NCBI GenBank assembly: GCA_027021705.1
Contig: JALUTT010000008.1
Location: 10,365-74,364 of the forward strand
DNA: 64,000 bases
From: Anaerolineae bacterium
GTDB taxonomy: Bacteria > Chloroflexota > Anaerolineae > S140-20
Reading direction: 5' to 3'
Shown here: in pieces, positions 9,441 through 19,601 of the stretch
Position numbering within the stretch: the first letter of the stretch is position 1
Layout of the letters: each line of letters starts with the position of its first letter
The notes under the pieces: model-generated
Databases searched by the model: none
What the model was told of the DNA's origin: nothing
The model's input: the letters and a program-made list of their open reading frames with translations, nothing else
Translations under genes and position numbers: made by a program

Positions 9441-10144
9441 CGCTCCTGGATGGGGTTTTCCACCCGCTCTTCCCCCACGATGCGCCCATCCTTGAGGTGG
9501 ACGATGCGCCGGGTGTGGCGGGCGACCAGGGGATCGTGGGTGACGAAGACGACGGTGATCCCCCGCTCCTGGTTCAGCCGCTGGAAGATGGCCATCACCT
9601 CGGCCCCGGACCGGCTGTCCAGGTTGCCCGTCGGTTCGTCGGCCAGGATGATGGCCGGGTCGTTGACCAGCGCCCGGGCGATGGCGACCCGCTGCTGCTG
9701 GCCGCCGGAGAGTTCGTTGGGCCAGTGGTGCAGACGGTCACCCAGCCCCACCGCCTCCAGCGCCGCCCGGGCCTTCTCCCGCCGTCGCCGGGCCCCGGCG
9801 TAGATGAGGGGGAGTTCGACGTTCTGGAGCGCCGTGGTGCGGGGCAGCAGGTTGAAGGTCTGGAAGACGAAGCCGATCTTCCGGTTGCGGATGGCGGCCA
9901 GTTGGTCGTCCTTCAACTGGCTCACGTCCACCCCTTCCAGGAAGTAGCGCCCCGAGGTGGGCTGGTCCAGGCAGCCGATGATGTTCATCATCGTGGACTT
10001 GCCCGACCCCGAAGGCCCCATAATGGCCACCATCTCGCCGGGGGCGACGGTCAGGGAGACGCCCCGCAGGGCGTGGACCTCGATCTCGCCCATCCGATAG
10101 ACCTTGGTGATCTCCTCCAGGACGATGACCGGCGACCCTGTCAC
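9434..10144 (-). CDS. ABC transporter ATP-binding protein, LolD/MacB-like
   Basis: [26 protein letters not shown]. Confidence 0.95.
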   Translation of the reverse strand: MTGSPVIVLEEITKVYRMGEIEVHALRGVSLTVAPGEMVAIMGPSGSGKSTMMNIIGCLDQPTSGRYFLEGVDVSQLKDDQLAAIRNRKIGFVFQTFNLLPRTTALQNVELPLIYAGARRRREKARAALEAVGLGDRLHHWPNELSGGQQQRVAIARALVNDPAIILADEPTGNLDSRSGAEVMAIFQRLNQERGITVVFVTHDPLVARHTRRIVHLKDGRIVGEERVENPIQERW

Positions 10145-11547
10145 CGACCTCGCCTCCCGCCGAAGAAGCCCTGGAGACGCTCCACCGTGCTCCCCACAGC
10201 GACGATGTCCCCCTCGGCTAGGCCGGCGAGGACCTGGCTCACCTCCTCGCCCCGCTCTCCCAGCTCCACGGGAACCTCTTCCAGCGTCTCCCCCACCTGG
10301 CGGCTGACGTAGGCCTGGCCGGTCTCCCGGTCGAAGCGGATGGCCCAGTTGGGCACCAGGAGCACGTCTCGCAGCTCCCGGACCACGATGGTGGCCGTGG
10401 CGCTCATCCCCACTCGGATGGGGGCTTCGGTGGGGTCCAGCCGGATGGTCACCTGGTAGGCGACGATGCCGGAGGTGCTCTGCCCCACCGGCGCGATCTG
10501 CTCGATGACGCCGGTGAAGGGCTGATCGGGCAGCGCGTCCACGGTCACCGTGACCGATTGCCCTTCCCGGAGGCTGCTCACGTCCAGCTCGTCCACGTTG
10601 ACCTTCAGGTAGAGCCGGGAGAGGTCCATCAGCGTGAGGATCGGCTTCTGGGCGGGCACCGGCTCCCCTTCGGTGGCGTTGACGGCGGTGACCACACCGT
10701 CGAAGGGGGCGGTGAGGGTGGCGGCCTCCAGGTCGGCCTTCGCCTTCTCCAAGGAGAGTTCGGCAGCCTGCACCTCCAGTTGGGCCGCTTCCACGTCCCG
10801 CTCGTCGGGGCCGGCCTTGAGCCGCTCCAGCTTGTTCTTGGCCGAGACGTAGGCGTCCCAGGTGCGGGTGACCTCGTTCTGGGCCTTCTGGAGTTCCAGG
10901 TCGGCCTTCTGCTTGGCCCGCTCCAGTTCGCCCAGGGCGTTCAGGTAGGCGTCATGGGCCTCGTTCAACCGATCCTCGTCGTGGAAAGTCCCCTCGTCGT
11001 AGCGGGCCTGGAGGTTCTGGTAGACCCGGAAGGTGGCATCCACCTTGGTGCGGGCGGCCCGGACGGCGTCGCCCACCTCCGGGCTATTCTGCACCAGGTT
11101 CAGGTTGGCCTTGGCCGTCTGGTAGGCGGCCCAGGCTTCGTGGACGGCGGCCTCGGCCTCTTGGACCTCGGTCTCATCGGGGGGCGCGGTCAGCTTCTCC
11201 AGCTTCAGGCGGGCGGAGCGCAGGTTGATCTCGGCCTGGGCGACGGCCCGCTCCAGTTCGTCGGTCTTCAGCCGGGCCAAGAGGTCGCCGGCCTTCACCG
11301 CGTCGCCGACCTCGACGGGGAGGTCCGCCACGGTGCCCGGCAGGGCGAAGCTGAGGTCCCGCCGTTCCGCCGGGGCGATGTTGCCGGAGGCGTTGATGGT
11401 GATGATCAGGTCCCCTCGGACGACCCGGGCCTGGCGCAGGGGTTCCGGTGGGGATGAAGCGGACCGGGCCTGCCGGCGCAGGAGGAAGAATCCCCCCGCC
11501 GCGAGGGCTAGGAGTACGATGAGCGCTACGATCCCTTTGCGCACCAT
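10141..11547 (-). CDS. Efflux periplasmic adaptor subunit, MacA/HlyD family
   Basis: N-terminal TM segment, lipoyl half-motifs [11 protein letters not shown] and APFDGVV, long coiled coil. Confidence 0.9.
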   Translation of the reverse strand: MVRKGIVALIVLLALAAGGFFLLRRQARSASSPPEPLRQARVVRGDLIITINASGNIAPAERRDLSFALPGTVADLPVEVGDAVKAGDLLARLKTDELERAVAQAEINLRSARLKLEKLTAPPDETEVQEAEAAVHEAWAAYQTAKANLNLVQNSPEVGDAVRAARTKVDATFRVYQNLQARYDEGTFHDEDRLNEAHDAYLNALGELERAKQKADLELQKAQNEVTRTWDAYVSAKNKLERLKAGPDERDVEAAQLEVQAAELSLEKAKADLEAATLTAPFDGVVTAVNATEGEPVPAQKPILTLMDLSRLYLKVNVDELDVSSLREGQSVTVTVDALPDQPFTGVIEQIAPVGQSTSGIVAYQVTIRLDPTEAPIRVGMSATATIVVRELRDVLLVPNWAIRFDRETGQAYVSRQVGETLEEVPVELGERGEEVSQVLAGLAEGDIVAVGSTVERLQGFFGGRRGR

Positions 11548-11679
11548 TTTGCTGGGTCCTTGTTATCGTTCAAAGGAAGCAAGCAAGCCAAGCTCCCACG
11601 CCACCGGGTCGTGAAGCGTGGGAGCCCCCTATCAGAACCCAAAGGCTTGCCGAGAATTACAGCAAGTTTCACGATTGCC

Positions 11680-11811
11680 CTCATCAAACGGATTGATAAA
11701 CCGTTTGATGGAGTAATGTCTCCCATCCGCTCAATCCGTTCTCAAATCCGCTGACAGCCTTCCGTTCCCAAACGAACTGCTGTCAACGGATTAAGGGAGC
11801 GGATTGAACGG
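11680..11811. repeat. Two AATCCG/CGGATT-based palindromic elements
   Basis: CATCAAACGG..CCGTTTGATG, then ~32 bp arms CCGCTCAATCCGTTCTCAAATCCGCTGACAGC/GCTGTCAACGGATTAAGGGAGCGGATTGAACGG. Confidence 0.75.
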
Positions 11812-11962
11812 AGCTGTCGGGTCGAGCCTGCCCGCGTGCCCGACTGCCAAAGAGCATGATCCGCTCCACCCGGATCAGATGCTCTTGCAGCACGCGATGG
11901 ATCGTCTGGGTCGCTTTCTCCAGGGTACGTCGTTGTTCTTCAAGCACAGGTTTTTCCCCCAT
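11783..11962 (-). pseudogene. Truncated minimal nucleotidyltransferase (MNT)
   Basis: My translation MGEKPVLEEQRRTLEKATQTIHRVLQEHLIRVERIMLFGSRARGQARPDS breaks before the DxD motif, where the palindrome begins. Confidence 0.7.
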
Positions 11963-11996
11963 CTCGCCCTCAATTATAGTAATCTTCGCTGCCAGG

Positions 11997-13349
11997 TCAA
12001 GGAGGTGCTTCCTTCTGGTCTCGCATCTCGGTCAACCGTTTCCGAATCTCCCGTTCATAACCCTGATCGGTGGGCCGGAACCAGCCCCCCTCGACGCCCT
12101 CGGGCAGGTAGCGCTGGGCCACCCAGTGGCCAGGGTAGTCGTGGGGATACTTGTACCCCTTGCCGTGCCCCAGGGCCTGGGCGTCCCGGCTGCTATCCCG
12201 CAGGTGGAGGGGCACCGGACCGGCCCCGTGCGCTTCGATCTCGGCCAGGGCCTTCCAGTAGGCTCCCACGCTGTTGGACTTGGGAGCGGTGGCAAGGTAG
12301 AGGGTGGCCTGGGCCAGGTGGTACTGGGCCTCGGGCAGCCCCACCCACTCCAGGGCCTGGGCGCAGGCCGCCGTGACGACGATGGCCTGGGGGTCGGCCA
12401 ACCCGATGTCCTCGGCGGCGAGGATGAGGAGCCGGCGCATGATGAAGCGGGGGTCCTCCCCCGCGTGGACCATCTTGGCCAGCCAGTAGAGGGCGGCGTC
12501 GGGGTCCGAGCCCCGCACGCTCTTGATGAAGGCGCTGATGGTGTCATAGTGCTCGTCGCCGGCCCGGTCGTAGCGGACCGCCCGGCGCTGGATCGAGTCC
12601 TGAGCCACGGCCAGGTCAATGCGGATGACGCCATCCTCGTCGGGCGGGGTGGACTCGACGGCCAACTCCAGCGCGTTGAGGGCGGTGCGGGCATCCCCGC
12701 CGGCCACGCGGGCCAGATGGGCCAGGGCCTCGTCGGTGACCTCGACGGACCGCTGCCCGTACCCGCGCTCGGGGTCGGTCAGCGCCCGGCGCAGCAGGGT
12801 CAGCACCTCCTCCTCGCTCAGGGGGTGGAACTGGAAGACGCGGGCCCGGCTGAGGAGGGGGCTGATCACCTCGAAGTAGGGGTTCTCCGTCGTCGCGCCA
12901 ATGAGGACGATGGTGCCGTCCTCGACGTGGGGGAGCAGCGCGTCCTGTTGGGCCTTGTTCCAGCGGTGGATCTCGTCCACCAGCAGGATGGTCCGCCGGC
13001 CATACATCCCTCGCCGTTCCCGCGCCTCGCCGATGATGCGGCGCAGGTCGGCGACGCCGGCCAGGACGGCGCTCAGCGTCTCGAAGTGGCTCTCGGTCCG
13101 CCGGGCGATGATCATCGCCAGCGTCGTCTTGCCCGTCCCCGGCGGTCCCCAGAAGATGAGGGAGGAGAAGAGGCGGTCGGCCTCAATGGCCCGGCGGAGG
13201 AGCTTGCCCGGTCCCACGATGTGGCGCTGGCCGACGAACTCTTCCAGCGTGCGGGGGCGCATCCGGGCGGCCAGAGGGGCCTCCCGCTTCAAGCGCTCCT
13301 CGCGGGCGTGGTCAAAGAGGGTAGCTGACTTCGTCACATCTACACCCAT
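11997..13349 (-). CDS. rarA: Replication-associated recombination protein A (MgsA)
   Basis: PLAARMRP, GPPGTGKTT, DEIHR, GATTENP, ISAFIKSVRGSDPDAA, Y.YPHDY. Confidence 0.95.
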   Translation of the reverse strand: MGVDVTKSATLFDHAREERLKREAPLAARMRPRTLEEFVGQRHIVGPGKLLRRAIEADRLFSSLIFWGPPGTGKTTLAMIIARRTESHFETLSAVLAGVADLRRIIGEARERRGMYGRRTILLVDEIHRWNKAQQDALLPHVEDGTIVLIGATTENPYFEVISPLLSRARVFQFHPLSEEEVLTLLRRALTDPERGYGQRSVEVTDEALAHLARVAGGDARTALNALELAVESTPPDEDGVIRIDLAVAQDSIQRRAVRYDRAGDEHYDTISAFIKSVRGSDPDAALYWLAKMVHAGEDPRFIMRRLLILAAEDIGLADPQAIVVTAACAQALEWVGLPEAQYHLAQATLYLATAPKSNSVGAYWKALAEIEAHGAGPVPLHLRDSSRDAQALGHGKGYKYPHDYPGHWVAQRYLPEGVEGGWFRPTDQGYEREIRKRLTEMRDQKEAPP

Positions 13350-13400
13350 CTACATCGCCTTCACCTTACCCATCGTGCTCTTCCAGCCGGTAGTCTCCCC

Positions 13401-13535
13401 GTAGAGGGTTGTTCTGCCCAACCCCACCCGGACGTGAACGCCCGGGCTCAGGAGCAAAGCCCTGCGGGCTAAGATCAGCCCCCGAAGGGGGCTTGGTTGG
13501 CTGAGCCGGGCGGTTTAGCGCCCGGCGGGAGGGGC
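13401..13535. repeat. Cluster of REP-like hairpins
   Basis: GTAG-headed hairpin, CCCGGACG..CGCCCGGG, AGCCC..GGGCT, AGCCCCCGAAGGGGGCT, GCCGGGCG..CGCCCGGC. Confidence 0.6.
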
Positions 13536-13688
13536 CAGGATCATCTCCTCGCCGATCAAGGCTCCACCCTCGACGGAAGGGCCATATTGCTCCTGATGGA
13601 CGGCTTCCCGGTCCTCTCGCAGCGCCTGCGTCATCTGCGCTTCGATCCCCCCTGCCCTCTCCGCACCTCCCCCGACGGGCGAGGCAAC

Positions 13689-16238
13689 TCAGGAGAAGGC
13701 CGCTTCTACCGCCTCGACGATCTCCTCAACCCCCGGCACGGCCTCGTTCTCCAGCGTCCGGTTGTAGGGGATGGGAACCTCCCGCCCGGCGACCCGCCGG
13801 ACGGGGGCCTTGAGGGCGTGGGGCAGGATACCGGCGACCCGGGCCGCCACCTCGGCCCCAAAGCCGCCCGTCAGCACCCCGGCCTCGACGGTGACCAGCC
13901 GGCCCGTCTTGGCCACCGAGCGCAGGATCGTGGCCCAGTCGCAGGGAACCAGCGTGCGCGGGTCTATCACCTCGGCCTCGATGCCCCGACCGGCCAGCGT
14001 CTCGGCCGCCGCCAACGCCGCCCCCACCATCGCGCCCACGGCGACGATGGTCACGTCCTCCCCCCGCCGCTTCACATCGGCCACGCCCAGGGGCACCAGG
14101 TACTCCCCCTCTGGCAGCGGCCCCGTCTCCAGGTAGAGCAGCTTGTTCTCGAAGAAGAGGACAGGGTTGTTGGAGCGGATGGCGGCCTTGAGCAGCCCCT
14201 TGGCGTCGTAGGGGGTCGAAGGAGCGACGATGATGAGGCCGGGGATGCCCATCAGCAGCGCCTCCCAGCTCTGGGAGTGCTGGGCCGCCATACCGATGCC
14301 TGCCCCGCCGGGCGTGCGCACCACCAGGGGGAGCCGGTACTGTCCTCCCGACATCAGCCGCAGCTTGGCCGCCTGGTTCACCAGGGGGTCCATGCAGGTC
14401 GTCAGGAAGTCGCTGAACATAATCTCGGCCACCGGGCGCATCCCCGTCATCGCGGCACCGACGGCGGACCCGACGATGGCGTACTCGCTGATGGGCGTGT
14501 CCATCACCCGCTGGGGGCCGAACCGCTCCTGAAGCCCGGCGGTGACGGCGAAGTAGCCGCCGCTGGAGACGTCCTCGCCCAACAGGTAGACCCGCTCGTC
14601 CCGTTCCATCTCCTCGGCCAGCGCCTCCCAGAGGGCGCGGGAGACGGTGGCCTGGCGGGTGGGGCCGGCGGGCGGCTTGGCCGGGCGGTAGAGGTGGACC
14701 GGCTCCGGCGCGTAGATGACGGCCTCAACGTCGTCAAAGGTGGGCTCCGGGCTCTCCTGGGCGAAACGCCACGCCTCCTCCACCTGCCGGCGGGCCTCCT
14801 CGGCCAGCGCCCGGTAGCCCTCCTCGTCCAGGAGGTCCGCCTCCAGGAGGGCAGCTTTCCAGCGGGCGATGGGATCGCGCTCCCGCCAGCGGGCGATCTC
14901 CTCTTCGCTTCGGTAGCGGGCCGACTCCCCCTCGGTGTGGCCGCTGATCCGGTAGGTGAGGGCCTCGATCAGGGTCGGCCCCCCGCCCCGTCGGGCCTGG
15001 GCTACCGCCTCCCGCACGGCCTCGTAGACCTGCCAGACGTCGTTGCCGTCCACCTGGCGTCCGGGGATGCCGTAAGCGGCGGCTTTGTCGGCCAGCCGAG
15101 CCACCCGCGTCGTCCGCTGAGTGGGGGTGAACTCGGCGTACTGGTTGTTCTCGATGAAGAAGACGACCGGGAGGTCGAAGACGGCGGCGAAGTTGACCGC
15201 CTCGTGGAACATCCCCTGGGCGACGGCCCCATCCCCCAGGAAGGTGAGGGCGACCTGGCGGCTGCCCCGCCGTTGGGCGGAGAGGGCGGCTCCGATGGCG
15301 ATCAGGCCGGCCGCGCCGACGATGCCGTTGGCCCCCAGTGCACCGACGGCGGCCTCGGTGACGTGCATCGGTCCGCCCAGCCCCCGGCAGAGGCCGGTGC
15401 GCTTGCCCAGGATCTCGGCCATCATCGCCTTCAGGTCGGCCCCCTTGGCCAGCATGTGGCCGTGGCCCCGATGGGTGGTGGTGATGTAGTCGTCGGCCCG
15501 CAGGGCGAAGCAGGCCCCCACGGCGCAGGCCTCCTGGCCGATGGAGAGGTGCAGCGCCTCCGAGGGAACCTGCCCGGCGGCGAAAGCCTGGGCCAGCCGC
15601 TCCTCGAAGGCCCGGATGAGGAGCATGCGCCGCAGTATCTCCCGCTTGAGGGCCGCCTCGTCCTTCGGCAACCCCTGGTCCCGGTAGCGGATCGCCTCCT
15701 CGGCCACCGCCTCCTGGAGGGGGATCAGGTGGCGGGAGAGGGCCTCGAAGTCCACCGGGACAGGCCGGCGCCGACGGGGCCACAGCCGGGACAGCAGCCC
15801 ACGCCGGCGGGCTCCTGTTGGCTGCTCCCGAATGATCATCTCCTCGTAGCCCAACTCCCGCAGGACCTGGGGGTAGAGCCGAAAGGCGGGTTTGACGGCG
15901 GGTAGGAGGGCCAGGGCCTTGGGAACGGAGCCCCGGGCGATGACTTGACGGGTGGCGATGGCCCGAGGAACGTTGAGCCGACCGTGCCAGAAGCGATGGG
16001 CGGTGTCGGCCGACTGGATCATCTCGACGTGGGCGGGCAGGTCCGACTCCCCGAAGGTCCAGCGGATGGGGGCGCTCCGCATGTCTACGGTCACCACCCC
16101 GTCGGGGTTGGTGAAGCGGAAGCGGACGACCAGCCGGCCCTCGAGGAGCCGCTCGGCGATGGCCGGATCGGCGCTGATCCGGCGGAAGAGAGCGTCCAGA
16201 ACCTCGTAGAGGTGGTCGGTATCGCGGAAGACGGCCAT
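13689..16238 (-). CDS. SCP2-like domain fused to 2-oxoacid/acetoin dehydrogenase E1 alpha and beta
   Basis: HLSIGQEA, THRGHGH, GDGA..ENNQYA (TPP binding), GEDV, DTPISE, AQHSQ; N-terminal ~130 aa SCP2-like. Confidence 0.85.
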   Translation of the reverse strand: MAVFRDTDHLYEVLDALFRRISADPAIAERLLEGRLVVRFRFTNPDGVVTVDMRSAPIRWTFGESDLPAHVEMIQSADTAHRFWHGRLNVPRAIATRQVIARGSVPKALALLPAVKPAFRLYPQVLRELGYEEMIIREQPTGARRRGLLSRLWPRRRRPVPVDFEALSRHLIPLQEAVAEEAIRYRDQGLPKDEAALKREILRRMLLIRAFEERLAQAFAAGQVPSEALHLSIGQEACAVGACFALRADDYITTTHRGHGHMLAKGADLKAMMAEILGKRTGLCRGLGGPMHVTEAAVGALGANGIVGAAGLIAIGAALSAQRRGSRQVALTFLGDGAVAQGMFHEAVNFAAVFDLPVVFFIENNQYAEFTPTQRTTRVARLADKAAAYGIPGRQVDGNDVWQVYEAVREAVAQARRGGGPTLIEALTYRISGHTEGESARYRSEEEIARWRERDPIARWKAALLEADLLDEEGYRALAEEARRQVEEAWRFAQESPEPTFDDVEAVIYAPEPVHLYRPAKPPAGPTRQATVSRALWEALAEEMERDERVYLLGEDVSSGGYFAVTAGLQERFGPQRVMDTPISEYAIVGSAVGAAMTGMRPVAEIMFSDFLTTCMDPLVNQAAKLRLMSGGQYRLPLVVRTPGGAGIGMAAQHSQSWEALLMGIPGLIIVAPSTPYDAKGLLKAAIRSNNPVLFFENKLLYLETGPLPEGEYLVPLGVADVKRRGEDVTIVAVGAMVGAALAAAETLAGRGIEAEVIDPRTLVPCDWATILRSVAKTGRLVTVEAGVLTGGFGAEVAARVAGILPHALKAPVRRVAGREVPIPYNRTLENEAVPGVEEIVEAVEAAFS

Positions 16239-16338
16239 CCTACGAGCCTTTCCTCTGGGTTAAAGTCACCGGAGCGGTCAGACTTTGGATCACCGCAAGG
16301 GAAGCTTACCACAAGCGTCAACAGGTGTCAATGGACAA

Positions 16339-16372
16339 CGAAAGGGGCCGGCCTTTCCGGCCGACCCCTTCG
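16339..16372 (-). terminator. Probable intrinsic terminator
   Basis: AAGGGGCCGG..CCGGCCGACCCCTT hairpin downstream of the 16405 stop, T-rich on the minus side. Confidence 0.55.
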
Positions 16373-16404
16373 TCTGTCGCGCTCCCCGAGCGGTCTTGGA
16401 CCGA

Positions 16405-19308
16405 CTAGGGGTAGTTTCGCGTCACGATGGGCAGATAGATCTCGTACTTCGCGGCCTGAGGCTGAACCACGCCGGTGAGGGCGAAGTCGGTGAAGTGGTT
16501 GATCTGCATGGTGACGACGCGGTTCGTCTTGTCCACGGTGTAGCCCGCCGGCGCGATCCAGGCACCGGAGACGCTGGAGTAGTAGGCGGGGCGGATGTCG
16601 TCCTCGGTCAGGCCGGGCGGGAGCTGATTCGGGTCGTAGCGGAACTTGATGATCACGTTGCTCCGGAAGGGCCCGTTGAGCCCCCGATTGGTGCCGGCCA
16701 CGGTGGCGTTGAGGGCGTACTTGAAGTCCGTGGTGACGGCATCCCCTGACCGGTTCAGGTCCCGGGCCCTGGGCGTGATGTAGAGGGTGACCTTGCCCGT
16801 GTCGGTCACCGCCTTGGCCGGGATGTCTATCTCCGTGCCGTCATCCAGGACGACCTTGAAGGGCTTGTCCGCGTCAAAGGTCACGGCCATCTGCTGGGGC
16901 ACCGCCACGTTGGCCGACTTCAGCGTCAGGTTGACGCCGGTCACATCGGTGTTGCCCACCGTGACCGTCACCTCGTCGGACTCCCAGAGGTTGCCCTGGT
17001 CGTCGGTCCACATCGCCCCAACGTGCCAGGTGCTGTTGGGCGCGACGGTCAGGGTGAAGCTGCCGCTCTCGTCTACGTAGGCGTCGCTACCGCCCCCGTT
17101 CTCCTCCCAGCTCCAGACGTAGGTGAAGGTATCGGTGAAGGGCATCGTGCCGGAGAGCACCTGTCCCTGGATCTTCACGCTGGCCTGGCGGAACTGGAGG
17201 GTCAGCGGGTCGGGGGTCTGCCCGCTCACCGTGACCGTCACCGTCTGCATCGGGGGTTCGATCCAGGCCCCCGCCTGATCCGGCGGCACGCCGGCGCCCA
17301 CCTGGTAGACGTTCGCCGGCAGGGTCATCGTGAACCGCCCGCTCCCGTCGGTATCCTCGTAGAACCAGAGCCCCTCAGCCGCGTTGAAGGCGTAGGCCGT
17401 GGTGTGGGAGATCGGAGCACCGCTGGGCGACAGGACCTGGCCGGTGAGGGTGGCGTTGGTGGGCATGAGGTCGAAGTCGCGCTGCACGTCTTGGTTACCC
17501 ACGGTGACGGGCGTGTCGGCGTAGTCTCCCACGTTGGCGTAAGGCCCCTCCCAGATGATGTAGTTCAGGAACCAGTCGCCAGAGGAGACGGTGAGGGTGT
17601 AGACGTTTTGCCCGTTCTTGAACTCGATGGGAGCACTGCGGAAGGCGCCGGTGTCGGGGTTGAAGCCGTACACCTCGCCCTCCAGCGGGGAGGCGATAGG
17701 CGCACCGTTGGCGGTGAAGGTACCGTAGATGGACCGGGTATCGCGGGTGAGGGTGAAGATCACCGTCTGAGTCATCCCCGCCCCCGCGCTGAAGGTAACC
17801 GTCTGGGTGTAGGGGGTGACGGAGAACTCGGCCTCCGGGGGCAGGTAGAGCCCCACGTAGACGCTATCGCCGGGGTTGGCAGCCACCGCTATGTTGAACC
17901 GGCCCCGGTCCACCGGCCCGTCGCTCAGCGGCGCCATCCACTCGTCCATCCCCGGCTCCTGGGCGTAGGCCCAGCCGTAGAAGTCGGTGGCCAGATTACC
18001 GTTCTGATCCACCACCCGTCCGAGGAGGCGGGCATCGGCACCCATCGCCTGGAAGTCCACATCGGTCACGTGGGAGCTGTTGTCGGGCACCCAAACGGTC
18101 TGGTGGGAGGGCGTGAGCTGATAGGGCGCATCGGAGGGCAGCCACGGCTCCACCTCCCAGAGGCCGGCCGAGACGGTGAGGGTGTAGTAACCACCGGCAT
18201 CGGTGGAGGCGAAAGCGAAGCCCATCCCTTCCTCCTCCCAGGCGGCCACGCTCACGTTCGGGACACCCACCCCATTGTGAGTGATCCGACCGCTAATGAG
18301 TGCTCCCCGGGTCTCCAGGCAGATGTCGCCCAGGTCCAGGTCGCCGTCAACCGAGTAAGGCCCCCAGGTGCCAGCCGGCAGGATGAGGGGCATGTCCGTC
18401 CACAGGTACAGGTAGTAGGTACCCGCCGGGACGGTGATGGTGAAGTAACCACTTCCATCCGGTTCTGCCACGTTACCCTCGCCCGTCTCGCTGTAGGCTT
18501 CCATCAAAACCTGGTAGGCCAGGGTACCGAGCGTACCCGGTGCGCAACCCGGCGGGAGCAGCCGACCGATGATCCGGCTCTCGGCAGCTCCGACGGTGAA
18601 GGTGATGGACTTGGTCTCGGCCATCCCATTGTCTTCGAACGAGACGGTCTTGGGAAAGCCGGTGTATTCCCAGTCAGTACTCCAATCCATAGGTTCGACC
18701 CAGACGTCCCAGGTGCCAGGAGCCACCTCCAGGTCCACCTCACCCGAGGCATTCACCATCCCGGAAGCGACGGAGGGGTCGTCTATACCGGTGGCGTAGA
18801 CCTCGGCGTCGGTCACCGGAGAGCCGTCGCTCTTCTGGACCTTCACGTGGATAGTCTTCTTGCCCGACGTCTGGGCCGTAGAGCTAAACTGGAAGGTCAT
18901 CGAGAGGTACTGCCCAGACTGAATGGTCACAGTTATCGGGGCCGGGGCCATCCAGTCGGGGTGGTTGGCAGGGGGGTCGAGCATTACCCAGTAGGTGCCC
19001 GTGAAAGGCACGTTGATGGAGAACCAACCGTTGGCATTGGTCCAAGTCTCGAAGTCACTATACCGATCGGGGAACTCTTCAGGGCCCTCGAGGCCTATCC
19101 AGGCCCCATTGGCCGGCGTGGTGCCGTCGGGAGCGTAGACATATCCTTGCAATCCCTGGGCGCTGGTGGGGCCGATGGTCGGGGCAGAATTGGGAGAAGT
19201 TGTCTTGCCGAAGGCTAGCGCGGGGAACAGACCAACGAGGAGAATGAGCGCGATCACCAAGCTCCCAGCCAAAGCCGCCTGCCGCCAAAATGCCTGCTTG
19301 CTATCCAT
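16405..19308 (-). CDS. Secreted surface protein with tandem carboxypeptidase-regulatory-like beta-sandwich repeats
   Basis: Signal peptide, repeated TD.SG.F.LTV.PG.W units, INHFTDFAL, C-terminal IYLPIVTRNYP. Confidence 0.8.
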   Translation of the reverse strand: MDSKQAFWRQAALAGSLVIALILLVGLFPALAFGKTTSPNSAPTIGPTSAQGLQGYVYAPDGTTPANGAWIGLEGPEEFPDRYSDFETWTNANGWFSINVPFTGTYWVMLDPPANHPDWMAPAPITVTIQSGQYLSMTFQFSSTAQTSGKKTIHVKVQKSDGSPVTDAEVYATGIDDPSVASGMVNASGEVDLEVAPGTWDVWVEPMDWSTDWEYTGFPKTVSFEDNGMAETKSITFTVGAAESRIIGRLLPPGCAPGTLGTLAYQVLMEAYSETGEGNVAEPDGSGYFTITVPAGTYYLYLWTDMPLILPAGTWGPYSVDGDLDLGDICLETRGALISGRITHNGVGVPNVSVAAWEEEGMGFAFASTDAGGYYTLTVSAGLWEVEPWLPSDAPYQLTPSHQTVWVPDNSSHVTDVDFQAMGADARLLGRVVDQNGNLATDFYGWAYAQEPGMDEWMAPLSDGPVDRGRFNIAVAANPGDSVYVGLYLPPEAEFSVTPYTQTVTFSAGAGMTQTVIFTLTRDTRSIYGTFTANGAPIASPLEGEVYGFNPDTGAFRSAPIEFKNGQNVYTLTVSSGDWFLNYIIWEGPYANVGDYADTPVTVGNQDVQRDFDLMPTNATLTGQVLSPSGAPISHTTAYAFNAAEGLWFYEDTDGSGRFTMTLPANVYQVGAGVPPDQAGAWIEPPMQTVTVTVSGQTPDPLTLQFRQASVKIQGQVLSGTMPFTDTFTYVWSWEENGGGSDAYVDESGSFTLTVAPNSTWHVGAMWTDDQGNLWESDEVTVTVGNTDVTGVNLTLKSANVAVPQQMAVTFDADKPFKVVLDDGTEIDIPAKAVTDTGKVTLYITPRARDLNRSGDAVTTDFKYALNATVAGTNRGLNGPFRSNVIIKFRYDPNQLPPGLTEDDIRPAYYSSVSGAWIAPAGYTVDKTNRVVTMQINHFTDFALTGVVQPQAAKYEIYLPIVTRNYP

Positions 19309-19601
19309 ACAACCCTCCTCGGTTCAAGCTTCAACAGTACACGAATTGAAGGCTCTGCGTAGGACAAGACTCACACCAGAGGACACCGATGGGGAGAGGT
19401 CCGAGGAACGATCACAGGGACAAGGCATCACCTCCCTTCACAAACATAATGACTGTGGATGCGCCCAAGGGGGATAGCACCCCCTTTATACCCGGCAAGC
19501 GTGAATTTTTCGTGAAGGCGTCGCTCCGGCAAAGAGGGAGAGGTGCTCACCTCCGACACCTTCCTTCCGGTAGCCCTGGGCTTTTGTGAGAACGCGGCTC
19601 C

